DNA of 64,000 bases from Podarcis melisellensis (Eukaryota). Both the position numbers and the translations under genes were made by a program. Below, in pieces: positions 1 to 13,058 of the stretch (the stretch's first letter is position 1; each line of letters opens with the position of its first letter). The DNA lies in assembly GCA_964234715.1 (NCBI GenBank), contig OZ174281.1, one strand, 5' to 3'. The notes under the pieces were generated by a model. The model did not search any database. It was not told the DNA's origin and was given only the letters and a program-made list of their open reading frames with translations.

Positions 1-1506
1 GATTGCCTGTCCTACTGCCTTTGGCTCCCCTTCCCCTTTATCCCCAAGGACACAAGGACCTATGCATGTGGCAGAATAACAAGCAAGGGCTCCCTCTCAC
101 GGGACTTAGGGGGAAGTAGGAAGCAGGAGCTATCAGTCCTGGCAACTGGGCTATGGAAGCTGGTCCTGACAAGCGTTTTGGAAAGCATTTTGGGTAGGCC
201 AGATTACTAGGATCACGTGGAAACAGCTTGCTCATTTGGTTTGTTCACTTCTCGTATCTCAGTGAACTATTTCTTTCATAAATTTCCTTTGTCACGTTCA
301 AGATATCCCTGCAGCAACTGCATATATGTTAGAATACGAACTAATATCTTTCAGTGCAGTCAGTGCTGCAGTAATTTCCCTTCAGCACTTAAGTAGCACT
401 TTTTAAGTCCCCAGAGGGCATTATGCATTTTTAAAATGGTAAACATACTAATATTTATCAGCCTAAACTGCTTCATAAATCCCACTCAGCACTGCTGACG
501 TATTATTTGGCTGTGATCATCTAGCAAGTCTTATGTAATAAAAGTGGGGCTTCCCCTTTGCTGGCAATGGGGAAAGCAAAGCAAAACATACCCATGTTTC
601 TCTCATAGCCCTAAGCTCTAAAGCAGTAAGGATCATGATATGATGTTCTATATGTAACAGCTTTAAATCCTTGTATATGCTTCCCACAAAACCATCTGTG
701 AACTTATACAACAATGACAAGTATATTACATGGTTAGAAACAGGCAAGAACTGGGGCGGGAGCTGGGCCAATTGGCATAGGCCTACGATTTTGAGGGAGC
801 TTGCTCTGGGTCTGCTAGGTAGAGGCAAAGGTTACTGAAAAGCTTGGCCATATTCCCAGCTTTGCAAGGCCCTAGTTAGACAATCTGAATTCAAAAATAG
901 AAAGAAATGTTAAATCGGGAAAGATATGTCCTTAGCCCTGTGTCTGCAAAAACAAGACAGGGTTAACAACCTGTAGGAAGAGGTTGTTGATGCAAATCAA
1001 CTGCAAGCTTTCCCCTAGAGTCACCGGAGGGTCATGCCATGGCCCTAGCCACCACCTGGGCTTCGGACAGGAACCACGACCACCGGATTTCTTTAACGGA
1101 ATACTCTTCAAAGGGAGGGGTAGGTGATGGCCACAACCTCCCCTCCAACACACAACACATTTTCCAATGCCGGACCGCCAAACCTTACAAAGCTGTGATG
1201 GTTTGTTCCGTGCATGTAGGAACAAAACAGGCAGAGCGCAGGGCCCACGACTGCTTAAATGCGGCAAACCATGCCCCCCAGCTAGCTGGATAGGCTGGCT
1301 GAGGGTGTGATGCAGGCCCGGGACTCCCTGTGACTCCGGGGGCCCAACCATGCCCCCCTGCAAAGTGCGGGAAGCGAGTCCCACTCGCAACTCCTCCCCT
1401 AGCGGAAGAGGAGAGGCTTTGCCATTCTTATATATTCAAGTATTATTCAAGCCAAGTTAGCCAAAACTTCTGATTGGTCCATTTTCTTCCCTCTACAAAC
1501 CTTTAG

Positions 1507-1992
1507 CTGAAAATCCAGCGGTGTTACTACCAAGGAAACCCCAAGGAAAGATTCCCCTGCCACCACCAGATCCAAGAAAACCATTACAACCATCTCAGTC
1601 AGGAACACATCCAGCACCATCACAGCCAAGGACACCACTACAGCCACAACCAGGGGAACATGTGCAGCCATCACAGCCAAGAATACACGTACAGATTCCA
1701 GAAATAAGAATACCTTTGAAGCCATCAGATCCACAAATAATCGTACAACCACCATTGCAAGGAATACCTCTTCAGCCACCAGATTCCAGAACTCCTCTAC
1801 GGCCATCATCACCAGGATTTAAAGCAGGATCAAAACCTTCCTTGCCTGGGTCAAGTGGGATATTTATGGAAACTGGACAGGCAGGACCGCCTGGTCCAGT
1901 TTTAATGTCGGAAAAAGGACAGAAAAAAAGCATAAATGGCCAAAATGGCCAGAATAACATGCTGGTTTCCGAAGGGTCTGCTGGAGCACCAG
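1507..1992 (+). CDS. EMILIN2: EMILIN2 internal exon: proline-rich region plus interrupted collagen-like segment
   Basis: ctttag|CT...CCAG|gtgag, phase 1/1, open frame. Ends ETGQAGPPG...EGSAGAPG, matching EMILIN2 upstream of gC1q. Confidence 0.9.
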
Positions 1993-2934
1993 GTGAGCAG
2001 ATTATCTCTGAGTTACTTGTTGTTTCTTGTCATTGATAAAATATGCATATTTATTCAGAATCCGGTGATCAGATATTCTGTGTAAAAAATATGACTGTTT
2101 GTTCCATACCAACATACCTGAGGAATCCAATGCTCTTTCCCTTTGCATGTTGGGATTTACGATGCTCTGGGGTCGCCCAGAGGCCCCCTCAGTCCCACTG
2201 ACCTTTCCGAGTGTCCTCCTGGTAAGCACAACTCTGGAATGGCACGTTCCTTCGTTCCAGTGTGCCCTTCAGTGACATCTTCCAGATGAAAGATGCACAC
2301 TAATCTTCTGGCATAGCGCAGCAAGAAAAACGAACCATCCGTAGATCTAAACTATGTATTTATTTATACTATATACAGACACAGAATCATGGCTCTCTCT
2401 CATTCAGCTCCAAGAGAGAACAGGCAGGCAACTAGTAAGAGTGAAAGTACATTACATAGTACATACAGATAGGACTGTATCTGGTTCTCACGCTTCTTCT
2501 CAGTCATGTGAATTACACCAATCACATAATGCAGCCTCGGAGGAGTGATTTGCTAACATTGTACACCACTGCAGTGGAGGATAGCAGCCATTCCTATCTG
2601 CAATATTGCTGCTTCCCACCAACATTGTATAGATAGTAGCAGGAGCCAATATGTACGGTATATTCCTTTCTTCACTAAAACATGCAGGAAGGGAATGAGA
2701 ATGTGCCAGGTCATGGCCCTCTAAATTTAAATAGCAGTAATTAAACCACTTACTGGTAGTCTACTATAATGCTACTCATTTCAAAAGGACCACTCCAAAA
2801 ATTCTGAGAAATGCAAATGCAGAGTTTACTAAGTACTATAGTACAGATACTGGTGGTACTGGAAGGAGGGGTGTTTCATTATTAGAGACTGTAAATTTGC
2901 TTGAAATATGCATCTTTTTCATACTTGTTTGTAG

Positions 2935-2976
2935 GTTATCCAAAACTTCTACGGCCTCCCTCTACAACTGCACAAG
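2935..2976 (+). CDS. EMILIN2: EMILIN2 42-nt exon (GYPKLLRPPSTTAQ)
   Basis: ttgtag|GTTATCCAAAA...CAAG|gtaat, phase 1/1. Matches the short GYPK exon recalled for EMILIN2. Confidence 0.85.
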
Positions 2977-3707
2977 GTAATCCCACGTTTTCAGATTTCT
3001 TTTCTTTTCTTTTTGCTAAATCCCATAACTTGCTTGCTGGCATTTACTAAAGCAGTTTATAGCATAAATACTATTTCAGATGACAGTTATTTCTTGAAAT
3101 ATTAACTAAGAAACTATTTCTTCTAGTATAGTTTCAAAATCTGAAATTTATAAACTACTTTCCCTAAATCATCCTCCTGCCCCACTGCCTCCTCTGTTCA
3201 CTCTTCAGATTCCTGGCTGTCTCTGACACCTAGAGATCATTATTTAGTAATTTGTATACAGCCCTTCATCCATAGTTCTCAGGGCAGTTCACAAGATGCA
3301 TGTAAAAGGCTATTAACTAAGTAAATAAGCAAAGAGGATATTTTAATACCTCCTTGTTGCTTTCCCTCTGTTTACAAAGGAAAGCTGGTGATATTCTCCT
3401 CTCTCAGGTATCCTACCCAAGTAGGAGTACAAAGGCTGATGCTGAAAATAGGCATATATGTCAGCATAGTGTCTGGGGAAATGAGGTGTATCATGATTGA
3501 AACACACGCATCAACATATGGCTGAGTGCTGGCATTGAATACATTGTGGCATGCACACAGATCCAATAATTTGTATCTAGTAGTCTATTACCTTCAATCT
3601 TCATGCAAGGCTAGGCGTGGAGAGACTTAGCTAACCAGAGCCCTTCCTTCAGCTAAAGATCAGAAACTATTCTACTTAAACTGTTCATCTTAAACTGTTT
3701 AAAGTAA

Positions 3708-3805
3708 AAACAAAAAAAAATTCTTTCCAGTAGCACCTTAAAGACCAACTAAGTTAGTTCTTGGTATGAGCTTTCGTGTGCATGCACACTTCTTCTTCTT
3801 ACTTC
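3708..3805 (-). mobile_element. Short Penelope-like fragment with truncated hammerhead
   Basis: 10-bp direct repeat tttaaagtaa (3698-3707, 3806-3815). Minus strand reads GAAGA-A-GUGUG(CAUG)CACAC-GAAAGCUC. Shares about 45 bp with 50254-50336. Confidence 0.7.
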
Positions 3806-5249
3806 TTTAAAGTAATTGGTTGTTGACACGTTCCAGACCCGACTGTGTGCAGGTGACTGACTGCAGAGAGCATAGCACTGCTGCTAACACTTGGATAAAG
3901 TTAGCTTTCTCATATTAGGCTGTTATGTGGCTCCATTGTTTAAGATAATGCCACTGAAATAATTGAGATTAAGGTAATGGTGAGCTTCATAATTTCTTTG
4001 CGTCAGCTGGCAGTCTATTGTATCAACATCTTAAAAGGTTATATAGTGTGTATATACAAATGCTGTAATAGTTACCTGGAAATTTATCTGACTACAGTTG
4101 GAGGTGTGGTTCTGCAGTCTGTTAAGCAGGGGTGAGGAACTCCAAGTCTGGAGGCCAAATGTGCCCCTCCAGGCCTCTGTCTGGCTCTTGGGACCCTTCC
4201 CAGGCTATGCCCCCTCCCTACTGGTCCTGCTCCATGCCCTCCCAGGGACAATAGGTTTGCAGGGCCCAGAAAGGAGCAGCTACTATGTAGAACTGATTGA
4301 ATAAGAAATCAATCAAAGTAAGTTTATTGTACTAGCTGAAAGCCATGTTAATTCCATACAATCACAAATTAAAGAATAAAAGGAAATAGCTACAAAAATA
4401 TTAAACTGGAGGGAAGTAAAAGTTAATTAAAACATCACTTTTGAATGTGTGTATAGAACAGTTGCAGCAAGGGAATATGCAGGGCCTATTTAGAAAAGTA
4501 CTTCAGTGGGAAGGACTGGGTAGGGGAAGCTAAATCCATCCACACCACTCCCTAGAATGACTGTTTTTCTAAGCAGGCTCTGCATGCACTACACCGCTCT
4601 GCTAGGTGGATGAAGTAGAAGAATTGTACATATATTACTCTTAGATGGATTGCAACAACTGCTTGTTCACTTTGAACTTAGTTACTTATAAGGAATGGTC
4701 ACTTTCACTGTGCCAGCACATGGGACTAAAATCGAAGGTTTGCAATGAAAGCAGTCTATTTAGCAAGTTTGTGTTATGCAACACACTTAACCCTTAGCAG
4801 TTGTGAAATGGAGCATGTTGCAGTAGCCTCCATGTGGTGGTTGTGATCTGTAGATTGACCTAGTACTTTCTGCATTGGGCCTTCTTGGAGAAGCCGAAAG
4901 GCTTAAAGCCATGAAGGCCATCTTCATGTGGTGGTAATCTCTTTTAGCATAATTGGGATGTGGTACGCAAAGCTATAGCTATATCCATTGTGTTTATTCA
5001 TTCCACACACTTTTGGTGCTGAATGAGATAGGGATAATATTGCTATTCACTTTGTAGATGATAGGAAAAGTGTAAATAGAAGAGGACTGTCAGTCGTCAT
5101 AACAGTGGTGAAACTGCAAAAGGTGTGCTTGTTTTGTTTTTGCTGAAGTGTTCAATTAAGGGCATGGGGAGAACTTCATGTATAAGACCAGCTAAAGCAC
5201 TTGTAATGCTGCATTATGTGTCTAAATTATGACCACTTTTTCATTCTAG

Positions 5250-5378
5250 GAGCAGCTGTTACTTCACCGGTGTCATTCTCTGCTGGTCTCACTCAGAAGC
5301 CTTTCCCTAATGGTGTGGGTGTGGTACATTTCAACAAAGTGCTTGTAAATGATGGAAACCATTATAACCCTAAAACAG
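5250..5378 (+). CDS. EMILIN2: EMILIN2 exon, start of gC1q domain
   Basis: ttctag|GA...ACAG|gtatt; [13 protein letters not shown]...[19 protein letters not shown]. Confidence 0.95.
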
Positions 5379-6050
5379 GTATTGAAAGGTTCATAATTGA
5401 TAAAGGGAAACGGGGGCAGAATCTATTGAATGATTTTTTTAAATTTTAAATTTTGTAGAATTTAAATGCATTCCAGCATTTTCTCAACTTGTACCTGCGT
5501 AATATATAAAGCAACTTAATAGGAGGTTCCTTTCCTGTCCAAGTTAGTGTGAAAGTAGACACTACTGATACATTTTTTTCAGATCTCTCAAGCTACTGAG
5601 GTTGGTATTAACTCTGTTGCTAACATCCATTTCTTTTAACCTCCCCAATATTGTTTAGTCCTTGAGCATGCTGTCTTCCCCCCATAAAGTCACAAATACA
5701 AGTGGCAGAACTGAAGGATTTAATGTTGGGAGAACTTGCTAACAGCAGACACCATTGCATTCTTTCCTATGCATTGGGGAACTGAAGTGAAGTCACAATC
5801 AGCTCAGTGGATAAAAATGTATAATAAGCATGTGCAGGAGCTAAGGGAGAATGAGTTCATAAGAGGAATTTTATGTGAAGAACTCCTCTTCGTTGTCATG
5901 CCAAATAAAATATGACACGTTCAAATTAAATGCCCTTTATTTCCTCCCAGTTATTGTACTGACATACTTGTGTTATTTGATAAAGCGGTAGGAATTGGAT
6001 TTGCGCCAACTGTACTTGTGTGTTTTGATTAATGTGCGTCTTCATTGCAG

Positions 6051-6388
6051 GCGTCTTTACATCTCCCTATGAAGGTCGTTATCTGATCACAGCTGTTCTA
6101 GCTCCAGAGAGAGATGAATACGTAGAAGCTGTGCTGTCTGTTTCCAATGCAAGCATTGCTCAGCTCCACACAGCTGGCTACAGGAGGGAGCTGCTCGAAC
6201 ACCACCGACCACGATCAGGGAAACGAACTTGTGGTGGAACAGGGGCTTTCCATCTTGTTCTTCACCTCAAAGCTGGAGCTGAAGTAAGCATTGTAGTTAC
6301 TGGGGGCAAGCTGGCCTACACAGACTCTGATGAAATATACTCCACATTCAGTGGGGTGTTTCTATATCCTTCCCTTTCTCGTGCATAG
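6051..6388 (+). CDS. EMILIN2: EMILIN2 last coding exon, gC1q domain
   Basis: ttgcag|GC; VFTSPYEGRYLIT...YSTFSGVFLYPSLSRA-TAG. Confidence 0.96.
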
Positions 6389-6653
6389 AGGGGAGTAATT
6401 AATAAATGGTGAAGCTTTAATATTTTATTCCTCATTTTTTTTCATCACCTTCAATACTTCTCTGTTTTAAGTGCAATCTTTACATGACTATATTTTCTTT
6501 CCCTCAGTTGACTTTCTTTTAGATTATGGACATTTAAACACCCTACAAAAGAACAGTAGTTACTATGGGGGTATCACTGAAATATGTTCAAAGTAAATTA
6601 TGCACTGTTTATTAACTTTTGAAAGAGAGACTTTATAATTGCAATCCTGAGTC

Positions 6654-6673
6654 ATTAAAGCTAGTTAAATAAA
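6654..6673 (+). terminator. Candidate EMILIN2 polyadenylation signals (ATTAAA 6654, AATAAA 6668)
   Basis: Hexamers about 270 nt after the stop. Another AATAAA at 6401 is very close to the stop. Usage unverified. Confidence 0.45.
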
Positions 6674-7927
6674 TTTAAAAATTATCCTTGTGAAACTATC
6701 TTGTTTTCATGCATTATCCTTAAAATGCTGAAAGAAGCAAAGGAGGTCCTTTTCAATTGTTTGAACTAGCTGTTGAAAATTATAGCAGTGGTTGCAGCAA
6801 TAACTTTTGTATTTCACTTTCTAGTCTTCAAAGCATTTCATGTGCATTAACCTGTTCTAACAATCTTGTAAATCATGTTGTCATCATATTTTAGATAGGG
6901 GGAATGGAGCCCAAGGCCACAGAGTAAATTCAGGAAAAAGGTGATATTTGAACTACTATGCTAGAAGTACGAGGTTCACACAGAATTAGGTTCTTGTAAG
7001 TATCTGATGTCATAAAAGCCACTTTCACTTGATACTACTTTAATGTCCTAAAAGCTTTCATCTGGGAAAAGTGGAAGTTGAGAACAGGCATAATACAACA
7101 TGGTCTAAATAGCATCACTCCCTTATGTGTTTGTTTTTGCAGCAAACTATATACTAAAAAGCAAAGACACCCAGCCAAATAGGCCACACCCTCCTTTTTC
7201 TGTACTTGGTAATCTACTAATGGTGTTAGGAATTCCTGCAGCCAAGGAAAGAACATCCCTCATGAGGCTTGAGAAATTTCTCTCCTTGTCTTGCCTCTTC
7301 ACTCTTGCAGTTCATCCAAGTTATTACAAACTTGTAGCCTACCCTAAAATACGGAAGATGGCGCTACATGTACTTGTTCTGTAGGTTATGAGTGGAGTTT
7401 CTTTATCGCAGATAGTGCAGATACAGTTTTGTGTACTGTCTTAGTCCTATCTACTCATACTTAATAGAAGACTGCTGCTCTTCTGTGGGAATGGCCAGGA
7501 GCCCTTCAGTAAACAGTGGGTAGTGCCTTTACTAAAGGTCTCCCTCATGTCTCCAGAAGAGGCAGTCACAGTAAAAATCTAGTGCTTTATTGTAGTTGGC
7601 AGAAATTTTGCCCCAGCCCCCAACTGCATGAAGGAGGCTCACCAGCCCCAGTTCTGCAGCAAAATTATGGAAATTGCATTTCTCAAAGATACACATCACT
7701 TCTATGGTAACCCAAAACCTTTTCAGCCTACTTTCAGGTAAAGTCCAAAATGAACGTAACTACGGGCTTTTTCAGCTGACTGTCTCATCCGTGTTTATTC
7801 TCCTCTACACCCAAGGTAACTTTTTCCTATATTGTACTGAATGGAATTTCTGTGATTAGGCTGCAGGCTGTTCTGAGCGCCACAGGGAATAATTTCAAAT
7901 GTATAAAGATAACACATGTAGTGAGGT

Positions 7928-7945
7928 TTTATTGTAAATTTTATT
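7928..7945 (-). terminator. Tandem AATAAA signals, probable LPIN2 3' end
   Basis: tttatt at 7928-7933 and 7940-7945 on +, ending a repeat-poor AT-rich 3.2-kb stretch after the LPIN2 stop. Confidence 0.6.
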
Positions 7946-10900
7946 AACACAGCACAGTGGACATTTTTTCCTAACAGACCAGTCTTTACAAAAAAAAACA
8001 CTGTACTGGAATGTTCAATGATTAATAAGTGAATAAAGGTATATCAAAGAAAAAACTGGTTATAACACAATTAAATAGAATGTACTGAAGAAGTATCTCC
8101 AATCTTGCATTCAGAACCAACCACAATGTAGATTCTCTCGCTCTCTAAAGAAAGGTGTCAAAAGTTTTGCTGATGAAAGCCTTATCGCAAAGGTATCAGT
8201 TCTAATATATCTGTCTTACATATTAGTTGCTTTAAAGACTTGAGATATCTTGCACTTCAGTTACCAGCCTGCATCACAGCCGTATTTGCATAAATGGAAT
8301 GCATTTAGAAGTTTCCAATGCTGAGCCATGTAATATTTTTCCAGGTGAGGGCACAATTCTTGAAAAAGTATATGGATAGCGGAGTACTGTTTTTCAAGGA
8401 TCCCATTTACCCTGCTTAATAGAGACTATTTTTGCATTTACACACACATTCTCTCCTCCAAATACTAGTTTTAACACAAGGACACAAGAGATCTAGAACC
8501 TTTACACTATAGAAAACAACTGTTTTCTTGCATAAACAAGCAGAGATTGCCTTATTTATCCATGCATTACTTGCAGGCTTTGATTTCCCAGCTCCTTACT
8601 TTACTTGTATTCATTTTATATGACAAATTCCAGGTAAATGATTTGAGAGGTGCAGCATAAGCTGTTCAATACACTTCCAAAGTAAAAGGAAATGCATATT
8701 CAAAAACAGCCTTTAAAAGGTTCTTTGTTCATAAACACAAATGTATATCTCTTTCATGGAAAGAACTAAGAAACTTGTGCTGATCTGAAATAGATTTAGT
8801 ACAAGCGTTGTTTCCCAATACCAGTTCCAAACCATCCATTTCCAGTACAGCAAGGAAACAGATTAAAAATTACCTCTAGCAGATAGCTATATTGGGCACC
8901 ATCTACCAATGAGCAGCTCTGGAGTCACTGAGGTAAAATCCAAACTCATCATGTAATGGTCTGCATAGCGCTATTCAAATTGAGACCAAGAGATAGAAAA
9001 CAATAGTATATCATTTTAAGAAGTGCATATTTTGTTCAAAAGAAGGAAATGTTTGGATCAAGGTGACTCAAGAGTACTCTTCAGCATTAAGCAAAAGGGA
9101 ATTCTTCCAGAAGTTTTGGAAATTCTTAATATTCAAAAGCAGCACACAGATCTCCACTCCAAACACTGTCAGAATTATTCACTCCAGTTAACAGTACTGA
9201 TGCCTTATGAGGAGCAAGATAACCTATTACTGCAAATGTGAAATAATGTACCGTACCTCAGAATAAAGAGAAGAAAAAAGATTAAGAGCATAATGTGAAA
9301 CAAACATTCAACTCAAATTGAAATTTAATCTAGGATATTTCAAATTTTCAGAGTGCTTTACAGAATACCATATAATATGAAAACGAACAAGTGCTAAATG
9401 TTGGAGTGAATTTTATCCAGTACAGTAGGCTTTTCTTTACTAGAGCTATAACTTGTACTTCCTTGTGTGTGGAGATTTAGGTATTCTATTACTTTAAGAT
9501 ATCTGATTGAAAAATAGTTTCAAACCACATACCACATGACAATACAGAGCCCAATCACTGTTTAGTTAGAAATTTCAAGCTCCAACATTTTCCTAAGGTT
9601 ACATCTACTGTACTGATCTATTTAACTGATCTAATTAGTCTCAAATGTTTTCCCTGTACAAAGTCAAAAGGAGCACATTACTAGTTGTGAAACTCCTCGA
9701 TAAGTCTGATAAAGATTTTATTGAGAGCACTACGTCTAGTCCTTAAGTGCTGCTACCATAGTTGACAACATAAAACCAGCACCGGTAGCAAACCTGCAGA
9801 TTAAATTTAGTAGTTCATACCTGGCAGAGAATACAGTTTTGATACATTTACATGGATCCTTTGGGTGACCAGGAAAGCACTAGTCAGCATTTCAGTTCTT
9901 AAGGACTGACCTAGCTTCAAGTTATATGATGATTCAAAAATGTTAACTCTTTCAGTTTGAGTTGGTTAATGGCATAGTAGACTAACCTGGCAGGGAGTTG
10001 GAATGTTTTTTGTTTTAATCAACTATCATTTTTGTGTCAGGGGTTGGATAGAAATAGGTGAAAGAATGTAAGACAACTAGCTACTTAAATCAGGATCTCG
10101 ATTGCTTTTGGATACACTGTGGAGCTAACATACTGAATGTCTAAACAGAAGTAACATTTTTGTACCTGACACACACAGTATTTCTCACTTGGATGCCCTT
10201 GTCCTGTGCCACTTTTATCAAAACTGAAAAACCCTGATACAGAGTTCTGGAAAGGCATTAATAGTAGTTCCAGTTTTAAAGACTGACTATATACATTACC
10301 TTCTGTTATAAAACAAGAATTTATCCCTGAATATTTTCTGAATCTGTTGCCTGCTGATCTATACAGTACCAATGCTAAGTGCAATTAAGAGAGCTGTTTG
10401 CAGCAAAGATGTTCTTACTGTTCTTTAGAATTCTAATTTCACATAGCAGCTTAGGAAGCAAAATTGCTGCAAGAAAGAAAAAGCATCTCGGACAGCCCCA
10501 ATCACTGTATAGTAGTTGTTTATTCTTTTCTTTCTTTTTAAAGGCAATATAAACCATGAGTGGGTAATAGAAGTACCATTTCCACTACAATCCTCAGTTC
10601 TTTAAAGGTGTAGCAAAACAGAGTGACCACTACACGCGAACTCATGAATCCTTAAGATATTTTTAAAGAAATTAATAATGAGAGAGACATTGTATCTCAA
10701 ACAGCCTAAGTGCTGAATTAAGTACTAAATATAATTCCTATAGTGGGCCTATTAAATCTCTGCTATCAGTTTTACTTACTTTCTCTTTTCCTTTAAGATG
10801 ATATATCAAGGAGGCTAACATACATAACATCACACACATCCACTGTGGTTTGTATATATGAAGATGCAAATCTGCAACTAAATTTTCATTTTCTGTCCTC

Positions 10901-11112
10901 TATCCTCTGGATGGTCTGCTATTTCAAAGGATTGCTATCTTTCTAATGCCTTAAATCAAACTGTAAGGACATCTTAAAAGAACAAAGAGAGATCAGCCTT
11001 GCATTTTGTTTGCTTATGCCAAACCTTTGGCGCTTCCTGTATTTAATAAGACACATGGTACCAAAGGATAAAGGAGCCTCTGCAGAAGGAGGTTCTCTGT
11101 GATCAGTGCTGT

Positions 11113-11257
11113 TCAAGCTAAGTCTTCTATGTTCACTTCAGGAAGCTGTTCTCTCCAATAGCAGAAGGAGCTGAATTCTGGGCATACAAAAGCAGAGCTC
11201 TGTTCTTTATTAAGAAGTGGAAACACATGTTCTACTAGTTCACTCAGCCTATAATAC
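11113..11257 (-). CDS. LPIN2: LPIN2 last coding exon (exon 20)
   Basis: atacag|G; [50 protein letters not shown]. Confidence 0.96.
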
Positions 11258-11638
11258 CTGTATGCAGAAATAAATAGGAAGGGTTACTCATTGTTATACA
11301 GTGCAATCCTGTACATGCCTATTCAGAAGCAAGCACCACCAAATTCAGTGGGACTTACTCACAGGTAAACATCTATAGGATTGAAGGCTTAATATAGCCA
11401 AGCAGCAGTGCTAAAAAAATCAACGCTTGTCTAATTCTGGGCGTGTTTAATGGGATATAAACCTTACCAGGTTTAATCACCTCCACAACTGACTTCTGCC
11501 CATAGTCAAATCATTTAATACACTGGGAGATAGCCATGATTTTAGGCACTTTCCTAAAATTGCACATACTAGGCAGCATGGTTACCCAAATCAATTCAAA
11601 AATTGTTCTTCCCACTGCTTTTAAAAACCCTATACTTA

Positions 11639-11749
<111 letters not shown>

Positions 11750-11947
11750 TCAACACAACTACATTTTAGACTAGAGGCCATAGTGCCATTTTTTTAATTG
11801 AGAAAATGTCACATTACAAAATTCATATGCATGTACTCACTCCGAAACACTTACAGAGATACGTGAAAAATCATCTCAAACTCCTTCCTACGTTTCAAGA
11901 ACTATTTGTGCATTTAGCATATTCATGTAAAACAGCAGAACAGTTTA

Positions 11948-12103
<156 letters not shown>

Positions 12104-12371
12104 TTAAAAAAAAATCAGATATTTTCTGTGGCCTAAGGCAATACCTTAGAGAAATATTGTCCAGGTTCTTAACAAAGTTATAACATTTAGTTCTGCTCTT
12201 CCTAAAAAGGTCATTTAAACAGATGAAACAAAACAATATATGAAGACAGCTAGGCACTGATGTAAATCAGTGCAAGTACAGCTATTGCCTCCTCCTGAAA
12301 TGCTGTTGCCATGTGCCAGCTTTTGCCTTGCAATGAAGCTGTAAAGACAGTACAGTTTAACATACTCACTT

Positions 12372-13058
12372 GGAAGAAGGGGCTCAGTGGCAGAGCATAT
12401 GTGTGTGAAAGAGCCCAGGTTTAATTATTAGTATTCTCAATTAAAGAATCTGGAAGGTGTTGAAAGAACCTCTATCTGATTCCCTGGGGAGCTGCTGCTA
12501 GTCAGAGTACAAAATACTGAGCTAGGTTTAAGGTGCTGGTTTTAACCTTCAAAGCCCTATACTGCCTAGGACCCTCGTACCTACGAGACCGCCTCTCCTG
12601 GTATGTCCCACAGAGGAAATTATGGCCTTCAAACAAAAACATCTTGGAGGTCCCAGGCCACAGAGAGGTTAGGCGGGCCTCAACCAGAGCCAGGGCTTTT
12701 TCGGCTGTGGCTCCGATCTGGTGGAACACTCTGTCACAAGAGACTAGGGCCGTGCGGGACTTGACATCTTTTCTCAGGGCCTGCAAGACAGAGCTGTTCC
12801 ACCAGGCCTTTGGCCAGGGCACAGCCTGGCTCCCTCCCTTGGCAATCCTCACAGAACTTCTAGCCCAAATGGTTGCCATTAATTTGATTGGAATTAGTTT
12901 TATAATGAAATGATTTTAGAATGTTTTATCATTTTACTGTTGTTAGCCACTCTGAGCCCGGCTTCGGCTGGGGAGGGTGGGATATAAATAAAATTTATTA
13001 TTATTATTAGATGAACTAATGGTCAGACTCCGTACAAGTCAGCTTCATATGTTCATAT
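12372..13058 (+). mobile_element. Older tRNA-derived SINE (Squam3-like), split by the L2 insertion
   Basis: Head GCTCAGTGGCAGAGCA; ...aatactgagctag resumes as atgaactaatggtcagactc...cttcatatgttc after 13010. Homologous to 25489-25688. Confidence 0.7.
12526..13007 (+). mobile_element. 5'-truncated L2-clade LINE 3' end
   Basis: Encodes FKVLVLTFKALYCLGPSYLRDRL...RAFSAVAPIWWNTL...FLRACKTELFHQAF (typical L2 ORF2 end); (TAT)n tail. Confidence 0.85.

Noticed and set aside
1447-1812. Hydrophobic periodic 121-aa ORF on -
   Set aside because: Antisense shadow of the EMILIN2 Pro/Gln repeat.
12502-12913. 126-aa and 125-aa ORFs as host genes
   Set aside because: L2 ORF2 remnant and its antisense frame.
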